DNA from: Longimicrobiales bacterium
GTDB taxonomy: Bacteria; Gemmatimonadota; Gemmatimonadetes; Longimicrobiales; Gaopeijiaceae
Assembly: GCA_965248195.1 (NCBI GenBank)
Contig: CBDFIQ010000002.1
Location: forward strand, 1,792,001-1,856,000
Length of the DNA: 64,000 nt
Reading direction: 5' to 3'
Made by a program: the position numbers and the translations under genes. The notes beneath the pieces are model-generated. The model ran no database searches. It was not told where the DNA came from and was given only the letters and a program-made list of their open reading frames with translations. This document shows, piece after piece, positions 39,473-50,063 of the stretch. How positions within the stretch are numbered: position 1 is the stretch's first letter; every line of letters starts with the position of its first letter.

Positions 39473-40168
39473 GTGCCTCTTCAGGTGATTCCGCGGCGCG
39501 ACCGCAAGCTCAATGCCTTGATCAAGACGGCGACGGCGACGGCCTACCGAAAAGGAGGGCTCATCTACCAGCAGGGTGAGCCCTCGGCATTGGTGTTCCT
39601 GGTTCAGGAAGGGCACGTCCGCTTGACACTTCCGAAGACAGGCGCCGACTGTGGCCGCATCGTGGGGATCGCAGGGCCCCGAGAATTGGTGGGTCTCGAG
39701 GCTGTGACGCTCAACGTCCTTCGACGTTACACGGCCATCGCCGGTTCGGCCTGTACCGTCATCCCGTTGAAGGGTGCCGCAGTTTTCAAGGCGCTTCGGG
39801 CCTCTCCCATGACGCTCTCGCAATTCCTGCGCAGCAACGACCACGACCTGGCAGAGGCCCGGCTCATTTCATTGTCCTCCGGTTTTTCTTCCAAGGCCCG
39901 AATCGCGGATGTCCTCCTGGATCTTGCATACCGTTTCGGAGCGGATGATGGGCGACGGATCAAACTCGACCATTGGTTTACACATCAGGAGCTCGCAGAC
40001 CTCGCCGGCGCGCACCGCTCTACGGTAACCACGGCAATCAACGACTGGATCTATGACGGCGTGCTCAAGCAACAGCTGCGGGGCCTCATAGTCAACAAAC
40101 CCGGGACGCTCAGAAAGGCGGGTACCGAGGCTTCCAGAAAGCGGACAAGGAAGGTGGCCACCCGTTGA
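39473..40168 (+). CDS. Crp/Fnr-family transcriptional regulator
   Basis: cNMP-like beta roll; HTH THQELADLAGAHRSTVT. Confidence 0.9.
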   Translation: MPLQVIPRRDRKLNALIKTATATAYRKGGLIYQQGEPSALVFLVQEGHVRLTLPKTGADCGRIVGIAGPRELVGLEAVTLNVLRRYTAIAGSACTVIPLKGAAVFKALRASPMTLSQFLRSNDHDLAEARLISLSSGFSSKARIADVLLDLAYRFGADDGRRIKLDHWFTHQELADLAGAHRSTVTTAINDWIYDGVLKQQLRGLIVNKPGTLRKAGTEASRKRTRKVATR

Positions 40169-40237
40169 CCCTCATTTAGCGTAAGGATAGGTTTCCCAGT
40201 CCTTTAGCGGATATTTTCACGGAGTTGAACCGGCTGA

Positions 40238-40930
40238 ATGTCCAAGCGTCACCATCCCTCGTCCCGGCGCACACCCCGAACGCCTCACGATCAAGACGAC
40301 GCGTTCGTCGCTGGGGTCATCGATTCTTCCGAATGGGCGAGGACTCACAGGCAGGCCATCACGCTCATCGTGGTCGCTTTAAGTCTCCTGCTGGCCGGAG
40401 GCATCTATTACGTGAACTTCCAACGGTCACTCACGATTCAGGCCGTGAACCGTCTCGAGTTCATTCACCAGACGATCTCGATCTCCGCGTTTGAGGATGC
40501 GAAGGCCCAACTGAGTACGTTTTTGGATTCCTTCGAGGGTACGGATCAGGCTCGAGAAGCGGTGATTCTCCTCGCGCGGTTGCACCTCGAATCGGGCGAC
40601 GCCCCGGTGGCGATCAGCGTGCTCGAGCGCGCCGACCTCGGGTTCAGGGATCCCATCGGAATCCAAGCCAACTCTCTTTTGGCGCGTGCCTACGAACATC
40701 AAGGGCGATGGCCTGAAGCCGAAGACACGTACCTGGAGGTCGCCGATCGAACCGATTTCGATTTTCAGATCCGGGAGGCGCTCAACAGTGCAGCTCGAGC
40801 CAGGCGCCGTCAGCAGGATAACGCGGGTGCCGCAGAGCTGTACGAGAGAATCCTTGCGACGTTTGAAGAAGGCGACCCTGCACAGGGTCTCTACGAACTC
40901 CGCCTTGCCGAGGTGCAGCTTCTTTCCTGA
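40238..40930 (+). CDS. Membrane-anchored TPR protein (YfgM-like)
   Basis: Single TM followed by TPR helices. Confidence 0.8.
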   Translation: MSKRHHPSSRRTPRTPHDQDDAFVAGVIDSSEWARTHRQAITLIVVALSLLLAGGIYYVNFQRSLTIQAVNRLEFIHQTISISAFEDAKAQLSTFLDSFEGTDQAREAVILLARLHLESGDAPVAISVLERADLGFRDPIGIQANSLLARAYEHQGRWPEAEDTYLEVADRTDFDFQIREALNSAARARRRQQDNAGAAELYERILATFEEGDPAQGLYELRLAEVQLLS

Positions 40931-41002
40931 CGCTGCCAGGGTGTCGGCCACCCATTCCACGTCCTCTAGCCCGATCTAGCCAAGTTCATGACCGACCCCA
41001 CA

Positions 41003-41030
41003 ACTTCGTATAATATATATTATGTTAACT
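41003..41030. other. dif: dif site (XerC/XerD recombination site)
   Basis: ACTTCGTATAA-TATATA-TTATGTTAACT: 11-6-11 layout with a canonical XerD arm, intergenic between convergent genes. Confidence 0.9.
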
Positions 41031-41103
41031 TCATCGCTTTCTCTTTGTCTGCCATGTGGCCTGGCAAGCGGACCCCCTCCCCTCAGGCCCTCCCCTCAGC
41101 CCC

Positions 41104-41643
41104 CTACGGCGTCCGATCGCGGGCCGGAGGGTCTAGCGCAACCACCTCCACCTGACCCGTACCTATCGCTGCCATCCCCAGCTTCGATGCGGCCGCGAAT
41201 GAAAGATCGATGATCCGATCCTCTATAAAGGGTCCCCGATCATTCACCCGAACGACGATGGACCTTCCGTTCCCCAGATGGGTGACCCGAACGTAGGTAG
41301 GAAGCGGCAGGCTCTTATGGGCCGCAGTCATCTGGTACATGTCGTAGACGTCCCCGGAGGACGTACGCCGCCCGTGGAAATATCCCCCATACCACGACGC
41401 TATTCCCTGCTCCCGGTATCCGGCGCTCGTGTCCAACACACGGTAGGTGACCCCGTCGATGACGTAGGTCTCGGGATTACCCGATCGGCTCTTGAACTCC
41501 GCCTGAGGGATGGCGTCCGGAAGCTCATCGAAGTTGATCCCATCTCCCGACGGAGACGAAGGCCCGGGTGACCCCACACCAAGGGGCACGCATCCCGGGA
41601 CCGTGCTAGCCACGAGGGCCATGACGATGCACCAAACACGCAT
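41104..41643 (-). CDS. rlpA: RlpA-family septal lytic transglycosylase lipoprotein
   Basis: GIASWYG..FHGRRT, TAAHKSLP, VNDRGPF, IDLS. Confidence 0.92.
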   Translation of the reverse strand: MRVWCIVMALVASTVPGCVPLGVGSPGPSSPSGDGINFDELPDAIPQAEFKSRSGNPETYVIDGVTYRVLDTSAGYREQGIASWYGGYFHGRRTSSGDVYDMYQMTAAHKSLPLPTYVRVTHLGNGRSIVVRVNDRGPFIEDRIIDLSFAAASKLGMAAIGTGQVEVVALDPPARDRTP

Positions 41644-41808
41644 CCGTTCCGAGTGACCAGCCTCACAAGGACGCACTTCCCGATCCTTCTATATACATGT
41701 AATTATGCATTTTAGTGGATGGCACCTCATGTTTTTTAGAGATAATACGAATTCCACGTTCCGGACAACGCGGCACTTCTTAATCCTGCGGAGCCTAACA
41801 TGGGGGGA

Positions 41809-42510
41809 TCAGGGCTTCCTAGCCAGGAGGGCGATCCTGCGCCTCAAGATCGGGATCCACCCTTGAAACGCTCGCTCGATTGATCGCAGGCCGCCGACAT
41901 GAGATTCAGCGTAATACGCCCTCTCCACTACGAACCCCGCACTTCCTACCAATGTCTTTAGTCGATCCATCGACTTGTAGTCCACGTGGCTCACATCCCG
42001 CCGGAGGAGGACGTTCCGTGCCTTGAGCATCTCCAGGAAATGCCCTCGATGCGGAGTCCACAGACTGAGCCGCCCCCCTTTCTTCAAGACTCTGAACGCT
42101 TCAGCAACCACGTCCTGAGAGTCCTCCGGATAAAGGTGCTCGACCAGGTCCGCACCAATCACGAGGTCGAAGCTCTCCCCCTCGAGGCCCGTGTCTCGGG
42201 CATCCGCACAGAGGAAGGACACACCTTCGATCGCCGACCCGGCCAGCCGCTTCTCGCACAGGTCGATGCTCTTCTGACTGAAGTCCACTCCCACCATCTC
42301 CACGACCCGGTGGCCGAGCGCCCAAGAAAAGGTGCCCCACCCACACCCCAGGTCCAGCACCCGCTCCTCCGGGTCCGGATCATAAAGCTGCAGGACCTTC
42401 TCGATCCGGTATCTCTGGAACGGGCTATCGAGATCCTGGAGGTGTTCAGTCCCTCCCTCGAAGTAATCACTCCGATCGTAGAACTCGCGACCAATCCGCT
42501 CCTCGGTCAT
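41809..42510 (-). CDS. Class I SAM-dependent methyltransferase
   Basis: VLDLGCGWG, FDLV, RVLKKGG. Confidence 0.88.
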   Translation of the reverse strand: MTEERIGREFYDRSDYFEGGTEHLQDLDSPFQRYRIEKVLQLYDPDPEERVLDLGCGWGTFSWALGHRVVEMVGVDFSQKSIDLCEKRLAGSAIEGVSFLCADARDTGLEGESFDLVIGADLVEHLYPEDSQDVVAEAFRVLKKGGRLSLWTPHRGHFLEMLKARNVLLRRDVSHVDYKSMDRLKTLVGSAGFVVERAYYAESHVGGLRSIERAFQGWIPILRRRIALLARKP

Positions 42511-42532
42511 TGCGCCATCACCGCCCGCAGCG

Positions 42533-43264
42533 CTATAAGCGTCCGAATAGATCGAGAAATCTCAGCTTCCACACCTTCCACATCGCCTCTCGGACGATCT
42601 TCTTCGACATCTTGGACTCACCCGATTCCCGCTCCTCGAAGACGATGGGAATCTCCGTAATCGTAAATCCCTTACGCCAGGCCCGGAGCTTGAGCTCGAT
42701 CTGGAAGGTGTACCCGTTGGACTCGATTCGCGCAAAGTCCAGGCTCTCTAGAACCTCTCGCCGCCAGCAGTTGAAGCCGCCGGTGGCGTCCTGCACGGGC
42801 AGGCGTGTCACGAATCGGGCATACCAACTCCCGAAATAACTGACCAAGAGGCGGCTCATGGGCCAATTGATCACCGTCACACGGCCGTTTAGGTAACGAG
42901 ATCCGAGAACGATATCGAAGTCCCGGGCCTTGTCGATGAAGAGCGGCAGGGCATTCGGGCGATGAGAAAAATCCGCGTCCATTTCGAAGAATAGCGCATA
43001 ATCACGCTCCAAACCCCAACGAAAACCCTCGATATAGGCTCTCCCGAGCCCCTGTTTTTCGGATCGGTGAATCACATGCACGCGATCGGATTCTCGGCTC
43101 AGCCCGTCCGCAAGGTCGCCGGTACCGTCCGGCGAAAGATCGTCCACCACCAAAACGTCGATGCGCGGGTCCTGTGCCAGGATCTGCGGGACGATGAGGG
43201 GTAGGTTGTCCGCCTCGTTGAAGGTGGGAACGATCACGACGAAGCGGGCATCGTGATCAGTCAT
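42533..43264 (-). CDS. Polyprenol-monophosphomannose synthase-like GT2
   Basis: PTFNE, VDD.SPDGT, EMDADFSH, GY.FQIE. Confidence 0.9.
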   Translation of the reverse strand: MTDHDARFVVIVPTFNEADNLPLIVPQILAQDPRIDVLVVDDLSPDGTGDLADGLSRESDRVHVIHRSEKQGLGRAYIEGFRWGLERDYALFFEMDADFSHRPNALPLFIDKARDFDIVLGSRYLNGRVTVINWPMSRLLVSYFGSWYARFVTRLPVQDATGGFNCWRREVLESLDFARIESNGYTFQIELKLRAWRKGFTITEIPIVFEERESGESKMSKKIVREAMWKVWKLRFLDLFGRL

Positions 43265-44223
43265 GGGCGGCTCTCCTCAAGGTCTCTCTTCTCAAGGTCT
43301 CGGGACCGGCGCCCACCGAGCGCCAGGAGCGCCGCCGGGACCAGCTCTACCGCAGTCGTCCAGAGCCGAGCGATGACAGCCAGCACGACCGTGGCTTCCC
43401 TCGCCATGATCGGTTGAAGTAGAACCACCAAGACCCCCTCCCGAATCCCGGCCCCCGCTGGTGCGAAAACCGCGATGTATCCAGCCACATACGCCGCCGC
43501 AAAGGCCGGACCCACCTGCAAGAACGTCCGCGACTCCCCGAAACTCAGGTAGAGTAGCCAAAAAGCCGTCGCGTAGATCCCCCAATTCACAACGTACAGG
43601 GTCAACCAGCGGAGACCGACGTTTCCGCTCCCCAGGCCGTCACCGGGAGGATCTGTCCTGGTGACCCGAAACCAAAATGCCACGACGTGGCGAAAGAGGG
43701 GTGGTACGACCACCGCACCAACGATGGTCAGAGCGACTCCGAAACCAGCGATCCGCCCCCACCACCCGATTTGCCGCCAGAGCTCATTGGCGCCGAAAAG
43801 CGCTCCGACTCCCACGAGACTGGCACCCAAAAGGGCGATTCCCTGCCCCAGAATCGCGGCGCCGGTGGCCACGCTCGCCTGGACGCCTTCGCGCTTGGCC
43901 AGATACGCGAGTCCCGCGATCTGCCAAACTTTTCCGGGCACGTAGCGTCCCAGGTTCGCCATCATGAACACACGCACGGACGTCCATACGGGCAGCCGGG
44001 GACCCCCCAGGTCTCGCACCAGGCGTCCCCACATCGAGGCCGACCACACGTAGCCAACGACGAGAACCACGCAGGACGCCAAGAAAAGGGTCGGGCGAGG
44101 ACGCCAATCACCCGTATTCAGCGTGCCGAGGAGGGCAAGATCCACTCCGACCCGATCGAAAATGAACCAAGTCACGACCACGGTAAGGCCGACCTGGAGT
44201 AACCGAACGCCGACCTTCTTCAC
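43261..44223 (-). CDS. Lysylphosphatidylglycerol-synthase-TM / flippase-like membrane protein
   Basis: LGRYVPGKVW, PAGAGIREG; GTGA overlap with the upstream gene. Confidence 0.85.
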   Translation of the reverse strand: MKKVGVRLLQVGLTVVVTWFIFDRVGVDLALLGTLNTGDWRPRPTLFLASCVVLVVGYVWSASMWGRLVRDLGGPRLPVWTSVRVFMMANLGRYVPGKVWQIAGLAYLAKREGVQASVATGAAILGQGIALLGASLVGVGALFGANELWRQIGWWGRIAGFGVALTIVGAVVVPPLFRHVVAFWFRVTRTDPPGDGLGSGNVGLRWLTLYVVNWGIYATAFWLLYLSFGESRTFLQVGPAFAAAYVAGYIAVFAPAGAGIREGVLVVLLQPIMAREATVVLAVIARLWTTAVELVPAALLALGGRRSRDLEKRDLEESRP

Positions 44224-46766
44224 TCCGCCCGGCGCTCCGTGCTCCGACGCCCTCGCATCCAGTCCATGCCGACCAGGCCGGCCACCACCGCCAGGCTGAG
44301 TAGCGTAAGACGAAGACTCCACCGGAGTTGGTCGGATTCGTAGTAGAACTCCACCGTGTGCTCGCCGGCCGTTATCGGCACGGCTCGCAGCGAGTGGTTC
44401 ACCCTCAGTACAGGGACTTCCTGGTTCCCGATTCGAGCTCTCCATGCCGGAAACCAGTTGTCGGCCAAGACGAGGAGCGCCGGCCTGTCGGCGCTTATCT
44501 GAAGCGTCATGTGGTTGTTGCTCCGTTCGAGCCAGTCGACAAGTCCGACCACCTCACCACCCGTGAGTTCGATCGGAAGCGGATCGGACAGCACCACCTG
44601 TCGAGCGGGATCGAAATCGCCGGAGAGCATGTGAGGTACCGCTTGGTCGTCCGGCAAGACCACCGCGTCCGACACGAGGCGAGCCCGCGGAAGATCCGAG
44701 AACTCGTAGACCGTCTCGTAGGGCCGTCCCTGGATCGTGGTCTGACTCAACCTACGGAGGTTGTCGGTGATGTCCGCCGGCAGGCCCTGGTCCGCTGGAG
44801 CGCCGAGTTGATCGGGCCAGAGGATATACCGGACATTGAGGATGCGGAGAACGTTGGCGCTGGCGATCAGGTTCGCGGGCAGACCACTTCCCACCATCCC
44901 GATGAGCTCCCTATAACGTTCCAGATCATTCGGATGATGCCCCCCCGCGAGTTCGAGACCGAACATGCCGGGACGGACGTCCTGGCCATTCAGCCCCCTA
45001 AGCGAAAACACACGGAACGGGTCCTCTTCACGCTGCCGTTCCAGAAGGAAGTCGATATTGGGGTCGGGCGCCCGAAACGCGGCGAAGTCTTGGGTCTGGA
45101 TGAACGGAACATCGACGCGGATCAAGTCCAGCGAGATGAGCATTCCCAATGCCACTACGGCCCCCAACGGCGCGAGTCGAGCCGTGCGGAGTCCCCAAGC
45201 AACGCCGGCCGTCGCGGCGGTGAGGATCACCGCGAACATGAAGCCACGCACGATGAACGGTCCGGCGTTGGCGAGAGTCTGAGCGGCCTGCGCCGGCATG
45301 TCCCGATAGACGGCAAGGCTCCACACCGCGTTGAGGGCACCCGAGACCGCGAGCACGAATCCGAGCAGGACCACCCCCGAAGCGCCCCAAAGAAAACGTC
45401 CCGGCCGAGTCCAGTCGGCCTCACTCCCTTTCCCGTCGAGGTCCAGGAGGCGCTCGACACCGAAAGCCATCAACGTCACCACCGAGAAACCGAAGAGGAA
45501 AATGGCGAGCGACGGCGCCCGAAAGAGACGGATCCCCGGTACGACCTCGTAAAAAAGGCGCCACACCGGCGTGTGGCTGCCAAGGCCGAAAAGGAGCGCC
45601 ATACCACCGAGCCCCACCAGGAAGAGCCTGAGTGAGCGTCGAGCCCCCCCGAAAAAGGACAACCCCGCCAGAAGCAGGACCACGAGGCCGACGTATTCGT
45701 GGTTCCCCTTGAAGTCATTCCGTCCCCAGTAGGTTCCTCGAGCCCAATCCGCGTTCGCCGAGCTGACGCCCACGAACTCGGGGACGGCGAGCGCCACCAC
45801 CTCCTCGGGGTGGAGGGACCAGGAACTCGCATACGCCCGCGATCCCTCAGCGCTAGCGTCGGTGGTGGTGGCCGTCCTGCGCGAGTGGTCCACCACGTAG
45901 GAAGCAGCCGGAAGGAACTGGACGGCCGCCACGCCCGCACCCAGCACAGCGGCGGCCACGAAGACCAGAAAGCGCGTGAGGGCGACGCGACGGCCCCGCA
46001 AGCTTCCGTCCGGCCCTCCCGCAGGCCCGATCTCTTGGGAGGGGCTTACATCCTTGGCACGCCAGATCAAAATGGTGCGAAAGAGCACGTAGGCCCCCAC
46101 ACCGCCAAACAGGAAGTAGGCCATCTGGAAGTGCGTCGTGAGCATCACCGCCCCAACCACCAGCGACACGAGCGCGATCGACCTCATGCCACCGCGCACG
46201 AGAAACGACTCGGTGACCCAGAAGAGGAGTGGTGTCAGCGCGACTACGAAAATCTTGCCGTCCTGTCCCCCGAGGACGAGGGTGACCATGAACGGAGCCA
46301 ACCCATAGGCCAGCCCAGCCAGGAGGGCCGAGGGTTGCGACAGGCCGAGACGGCGGATCCAAGCGTACATGAAAATTCCGGCGAGGAACACATGGAGGAC
46401 CAGCTTCCACCCCAGCGCACGATACGGATCCAGCAGGAAGAGGAGAAGCGCGCTTGGCGGGTAGAGCGAATCTCCACCCGCGAGCGACTCCACAAAGGGC
46501 GTCCCACCCAAGATGATCGGATTCCAGAGCGGAAATGCCCCACCGGACACCGCATTCGCGTAGAACTCCCGCGCCATGTATCCGAGCGCCAGGGTGTCGG
46601 AGCCATACAGCATGTCCCGCGAGAACACGAATTCACGGAAGAGAAAAAGCGTGACGGCGCCGTAAAGGAGGGGCGGAACCCACCCGGGAATCTGGAGCCC
46701 GCGGGCCGATGCGGACGCCGACTCGAGGCGTTCTGGTTTCTGGGTGGCTTTTCTCCTCTTCGCCAC
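44220..46766 (-). CDS. YfhO-family polytopic membrane glycosyltransferase
   Basis: PLWNP...GTP, YVG, FRAP, C-terminal WFPAWRA...G.H.V.F.Y. Confidence 0.85.
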   Translation of the reverse strand: MAKRRKATQKPERLESASASARGLQIPGWVPPLLYGAVTLFLFREFVFSRDMLYGSDTLALGYMAREFYANAVSGGAFPLWNPIILGGTPFVESLAGGDSLYPPSALLLFLLDPYRALGWKLVLHVFLAGIFMYAWIRRLGLSQPSALLAGLAYGLAPFMVTLVLGGQDGKIFVVALTPLLFWVTESFLVRGGMRSIALVSLVVGAVMLTTHFQMAYFLFGGVGAYVLFRTILIWRAKDVSPSQEIGPAGGPDGSLRGRRVALTRFLVFVAAAVLGAGVAAVQFLPAASYVVDHSRRTATTTDASAEGSRAYASSWSLHPEEVVALAVPEFVGVSSANADWARGTYWGRNDFKGNHEYVGLVVLLLAGLSFFGGARRSLRLFLVGLGGMALLFGLGSHTPVWRLFYEVVPGIRLFRAPSLAIFLFGFSVVTLMAFGVERLLDLDGKGSEADWTRPGRFLWGASGVVLLGFVLAVSGALNAVWSLAVYRDMPAQAAQTLANAGPFIVRGFMFAVILTAATAGVAWGLRTARLAPLGAVVALGMLISLDLIRVDVPFIQTQDFAAFRAPDPNIDFLLERQREEDPFRVFSLRGLNGQDVRPGMFGLELAGGHHPNDLERYRELIGMVGSGLPANLIASANVLRILNVRYILWPDQLGAPADQGLPADITDNLRRLSQTTIQGRPYETVYEFSDLPRARLVSDAVVLPDDQAVPHMLSGDFDPARQVVLSDPLPIELTGGEVVGLVDWLERSNNHMTLQISADRPALLVLADNWFPAWRARIGNQEVPVLRVNHSLRAVPITAGEHTVEFYYESDQLRWSLRLTLLSLAVVAGLVGMDWMRGRRSTERRAE

Positions 46767-47932
46767 TAGGCGCTACTCTCCCCTGAAGGATCCGGTACTC
46801 GTTCACGGCCCCGGTCACGGCCCTCGTCGCGGCCCCGGCCGAGGAGACCCTGATACACCTCCAGATGCCGATCCACGAGGCGAGCGTTGCTCCATCGCTC
46901 CACCACCCTGGATCGGGCCGCCGTACCGAGCACTCTGAGGTCGTTGCGTTCGAGAAGTGAGCTCACCGTGGCAGCGAGTGACGTCGGGTTGCCCGCCTCG
47001 AAAAGCGCCCCGACCTCATCGTCGACGATCTCAGGAAGCCCGCCCACGTCCGAGGCGGCAACGGGCAACTCGCACGCCATCGACTCGAGTGCCGCTACCG
47101 ACGTTGCTTCCATCAGGGATGGGAAGACGGCCAATTCCGCGGAACTCAATAGGCCTGGCATCTCGTCATGCCCACGCGCGCCCAAAAACTGGACACGGTC
47201 CCCCAATGCCAAGTTCGCAGCCAACGTTTCGAGCGTCTGCCGCTCGGGCCCGTCCCCGACGATCACGGCCTCGACGTCCACCCGCTCGGCGATGAGTGGC
47301 AACGCCCGAAGGAAGAACTCGACACCATTCTTCTCGAAGAGGCGCCTCGGAACGATGACCCGACGACGAGTCCCAGCAGGGAGCGAGGGCTCACAGCGGT
47401 GAAAAATCTCCGTCTCCACACCATTAGTCAGCGCTTCTACGGAAACGCCCGGTGCGAGCTCCTCCGCCACTTTGGCGATCTCGGCACTCGCGGCAAGGTT
47501 GTAGTCCGACCATGCGAGAAAGCGTTGAAAGATCGGCCTCCAAAAAGGACTGCCCGCCCGCTCGAGGAAGTGCGAGGTGTGCCAGGTCGAGACCAGCGGA
47601 ATGCCATTGGCTTGTTTGGCCACGACTCCGGGAAGCACCGATTGGAAGGCCTGCGCGTGCACCACGTCCGCCTTTCGGGCGATCCCGACAAACGTCGGTG
47701 TCGACGCTCCCGCGTGCACCGCCCATCCGACCGGATTTCGCGCGGGCAACCAGGTCCTCCAGACGTCGATGCCATCGATCACATCATGAGCCGCCAGCCC
47801 CGGTTTCGAACGCGACGTAACGACCGACACGCGACAGCCTCTCCTCACGAGGCCGCGGCAGAGATAGTAGACATGGCTCTCCAGTCCGCCTACTTCTGGA
47901 GGGAAGTAGAGGCAGTGCATCGCCACTTTCAC
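46766..47932 (-). CDS. GT4 glycosyltransferase
   Basis: PPEVGG.E, FPS..E......LESMAC, SDVGG.PE. Confidence 0.9.
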   Translation of the reverse strand: MKVAMHCLYFPPEVGGLESHVYYLCRGLVRRGCRVSVVTSRSKPGLAAHDVIDGIDVWRTWLPARNPVGWAVHAGASTPTFVGIARKADVVHAQAFQSVLPGVVAKQANGIPLVSTWHTSHFLERAGSPFWRPIFQRFLAWSDYNLAASAEIAKVAEELAPGVSVEALTNGVETEIFHRCEPSLPAGTRRRVIVPRRLFEKNGVEFFLRALPLIAERVDVEAVIVGDGPERQTLETLAANLALGDRVQFLGARGHDEMPGLLSSAELAVFPSLMEATSVAALESMACELPVAASDVGGLPEIVDDEVGALFEAGNPTSLAATVSSLLERNDLRVLGTAARSRVVERWSNARLVDRHLEVYQGLLGRGRDEGRDRGRERVPDPSGESSA

Positions 47933-49101
47933 GGCCCGGCCCAATCCGCCGTCGAGCGTGAATCGCCCGTGAGTACCGACGCTATGATGTCCACGATCCG
48001 CTCCCCTGCCCTACCGTCACCATACGGATTGGAGGGAGGTGCGGGCGGGCCTCGGTCCTGACCTCCCGCGAGGATCCGGCTTCCTTCCTCGAAGATTTTT
48101 TCCGGGTCGGTTCCCACCAGAATCGCCACACCGGCCTCGACGCCCTCGGGCCGTTCCGTGACGTTCCTCAGTACGAGGACGGGCGTCCCGAACGTGGGCG
48201 CCTCTTCCTGAATCCCACCGGAGTCCGTCAGAACCAGATGCGCGCCCTGGAGTGCCAACACCAAATCGCGGTAGCCCAGGGGCTCGACCAGATCGATCCG
48301 AGGATGGTCACCGAGCAGCTGCTGGGCCGGCCCGACCACGTTGGGATTCGGATGGACTGGATAGAGTAGACGGACGTCATCGTGCTCGTCGACCAGCCTA
48401 CGGACGGCGCGAAAAATCTCCCCGAGCGGTGGGCCGAAGGACTCCCTCCGATGCGCCGTCAAGAGTACGAGCCGGCTACGTTCCTCCTCCAAGATCGCCC
48501 TCAAGAGCGGCGCCTTTGCCTTCCCCTCCATGGACGCCATCCGCAGTAGGGAATCCACGACCGTATTCCCCGTGACGTAGACATGTGAAGGCTCGAATCC
48601 CTCGGCCAAGAGCTTATCACGAGCGGCGCTCGTCGGGGTGAAGTGCAAGTCGGTGAGGACATCCGTGAGACGCCTGAAAATCTCCTCGGGAAACGGCGCC
48701 CACTTGTCACCGGAACGGAGCCCGGCCTCGACGTGCCCCACTCGAGTCCTTTCGAAGAACGCTACGAGGGACGAAAAGAACACCGTCGCCGTGTCTCCTT
48801 GAGCAAGAAGCAGGTCCGGCCCGTACTCCCCGACCACCCCGCCAAGCCCCGTAAGACACCCCTGAGCCACGTCGTAGAGGCTCTGTCCCTCCTGCATGAT
48901 CCCCAGGTCGTAGTCGGGCCGGAGATCGAGGGCATCGAGCACGTGGTCAACGAGATCGCTGTGCTGCCCCGTGAGCAGCAACCGGCTATCCAACCCGGGC
49001 TTCTGCCTCAACGCCGCCACCACGGGTGCCATTTTGATGGCCTCGGGCCGGGTTCCAACCACCACCAGGATGCGCGGTGGTGAGTTTTCGGGAGTCGTCA
49101 A
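47929..49101 (-). CDS. wecB: UDP-GlcNAc 2-epimerase (non-hydrolysing)
   Basis: GTRPEAIKMAP, HVEAGLRS, TDSGGIQEEAP, NPYGDG; TTG start overlaps the upstream stop. Confidence 0.95.
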   Translation of the reverse strand: MTTPENSPPRILVVVGTRPEAIKMAPVVAALRQKPGLDSRLLLTGQHSDLVDHVLDALDLRPDYDLGIMQEGQSLYDVAQGCLTGLGGVVGEYGPDLLLAQGDTATVFFSSLVAFFERTRVGHVEAGLRSGDKWAPFPEEIFRRLTDVLTDLHFTPTSAARDKLLAEGFEPSHVYVTGNTVVDSLLRMASMEGKAKAPLLRAILEEERSRLVLLTAHRRESFGPPLGEIFRAVRRLVDEHDDVRLLYPVHPNPNVVGPAQQLLGDHPRIDLVEPLGYRDLVLALQGAHLVLTDSGGIQEEAPTFGTPVLVLRNVTERPEGVEAGVAILVGTDPEKIFEEGSRILAGGQDRGPPAPPSNPYGDGRAGERIVDIIASVLTGDSRSTADWAGP

Positions 49102-50063
49102 CGATCCCCGCGCCTGAGGGAGTCCACCTCTTCTCTCAATTGAGCGATCATCTCCGCGACCAACCCGAATCCAAACAGCAGGAAACCCACGGTCTCCAGA
49201 AGGATCACCAGATAGAGCAGCGGCCGGAAGCCGAGGCCCTCCACGAAACGAAGATAGAATGCCACCACACCGACGATCATCCCCAGCGCGATCAACGTCA
49301 TTCCACTGAACCCGAAGAGGATCAACGGCTTTCGGGAAAACAGGATTAGGAACCATACCGACAACAAGTCGATGATGCCGACCCCGATCCGAAACAATCC
49401 CGTGTACTTCGAAACGCCCGCCCGGCGGGGATGAAGCTCGACGTCGATCTCACTCACGGAATAGCCGCGTGCGTAAGCGAGAACGACAAAAAAACGATGC
49501 CAGTCCTTTCTCAGGGACATCCCTTCGAGGATGTCTCGACGAAACGCCTTCATCGAGTTCAGGTCCGAAACGGGAATCCGGAAAATCCGTCGGCTCAGCG
49601 CATTGTAAAACGATGAAACCACCCGCTTGTCATAAAACCCGATCTTTCGCCCCGTCACGATATCCCATCCGGCGTGGAGCCTCTCGAGAAACCGAGGGAT
49701 CTGGTCGGGCAGGTGCTGGAGGTCCGCGTCGAAGAGAACGAGATAGGTTCGCTCCGTGGAACGGGCCGCGGTCATCATCGCCTCCGTCTTGCCAAGGTTC
49801 TTCGGATGACGCACGACCTTCAAGAGAGGCCAGCCTCTGGCTTCCTTCTCTACCAGATCAGCGGTTCCGTCGGTGGAGCCATCATCCACGAGCACGATTT
49901 CGCCGCTCAGGTCATAGTGTTCGAACGCGGCGCGGAGTTCGGAGATCAACGCCGGAACCACGGGAGCTTCGTTGAAGGCGGGAATGACGAGGGCAAAGTC
50001 ACGTCGAGCCTCGGCGGTCAGGCCCATTGCGGCCTTGCGCGCCAGAGCCGACGATTCCATCAA
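49098..50063 (-). CDS. GT2 glycosyltransferase (ArnC/DPM1-like, 2 C-terminal TMs)
   Basis: PAFNE, VDDGSTDGT, DADLQ, HPRRAGVSKY. Confidence 0.9.
   Translation of the reverse strand: MMESSALARKAAMGLTAEARRDFALVIPAFNEAPVVPALISELRAAFEHYDLSGEIVLVDDGSTDGTADLVEKEARGWPLLKVVRHPKNLGKTEAMMTAARSTERTYLVLFDADLQHLPDQIPRFLERLHAGWDIVTGRKIGFYDKRVVSSFYNALSRRIFRIPVSDLNSMKAFRRDILEGMSLRKDWHRFFVVLAYARGYSVSEIDVELHPRRAGVSKYTGLFRIGVGIIDLLSVWFLILFSRKPLILFGFSGMTLIALGMIVGVVAFYLRFVEGLGFRPLLYLVILLETVGFLLFGFGLVAEMIAQLREEVDSLRRGDR

Noticed and set aside
41001..41030. loxP site or vector contamination (AACTTCGTATA)
   Set aside because: There is no second inverted 13-bp arm; the right arm is the XerD consensus.
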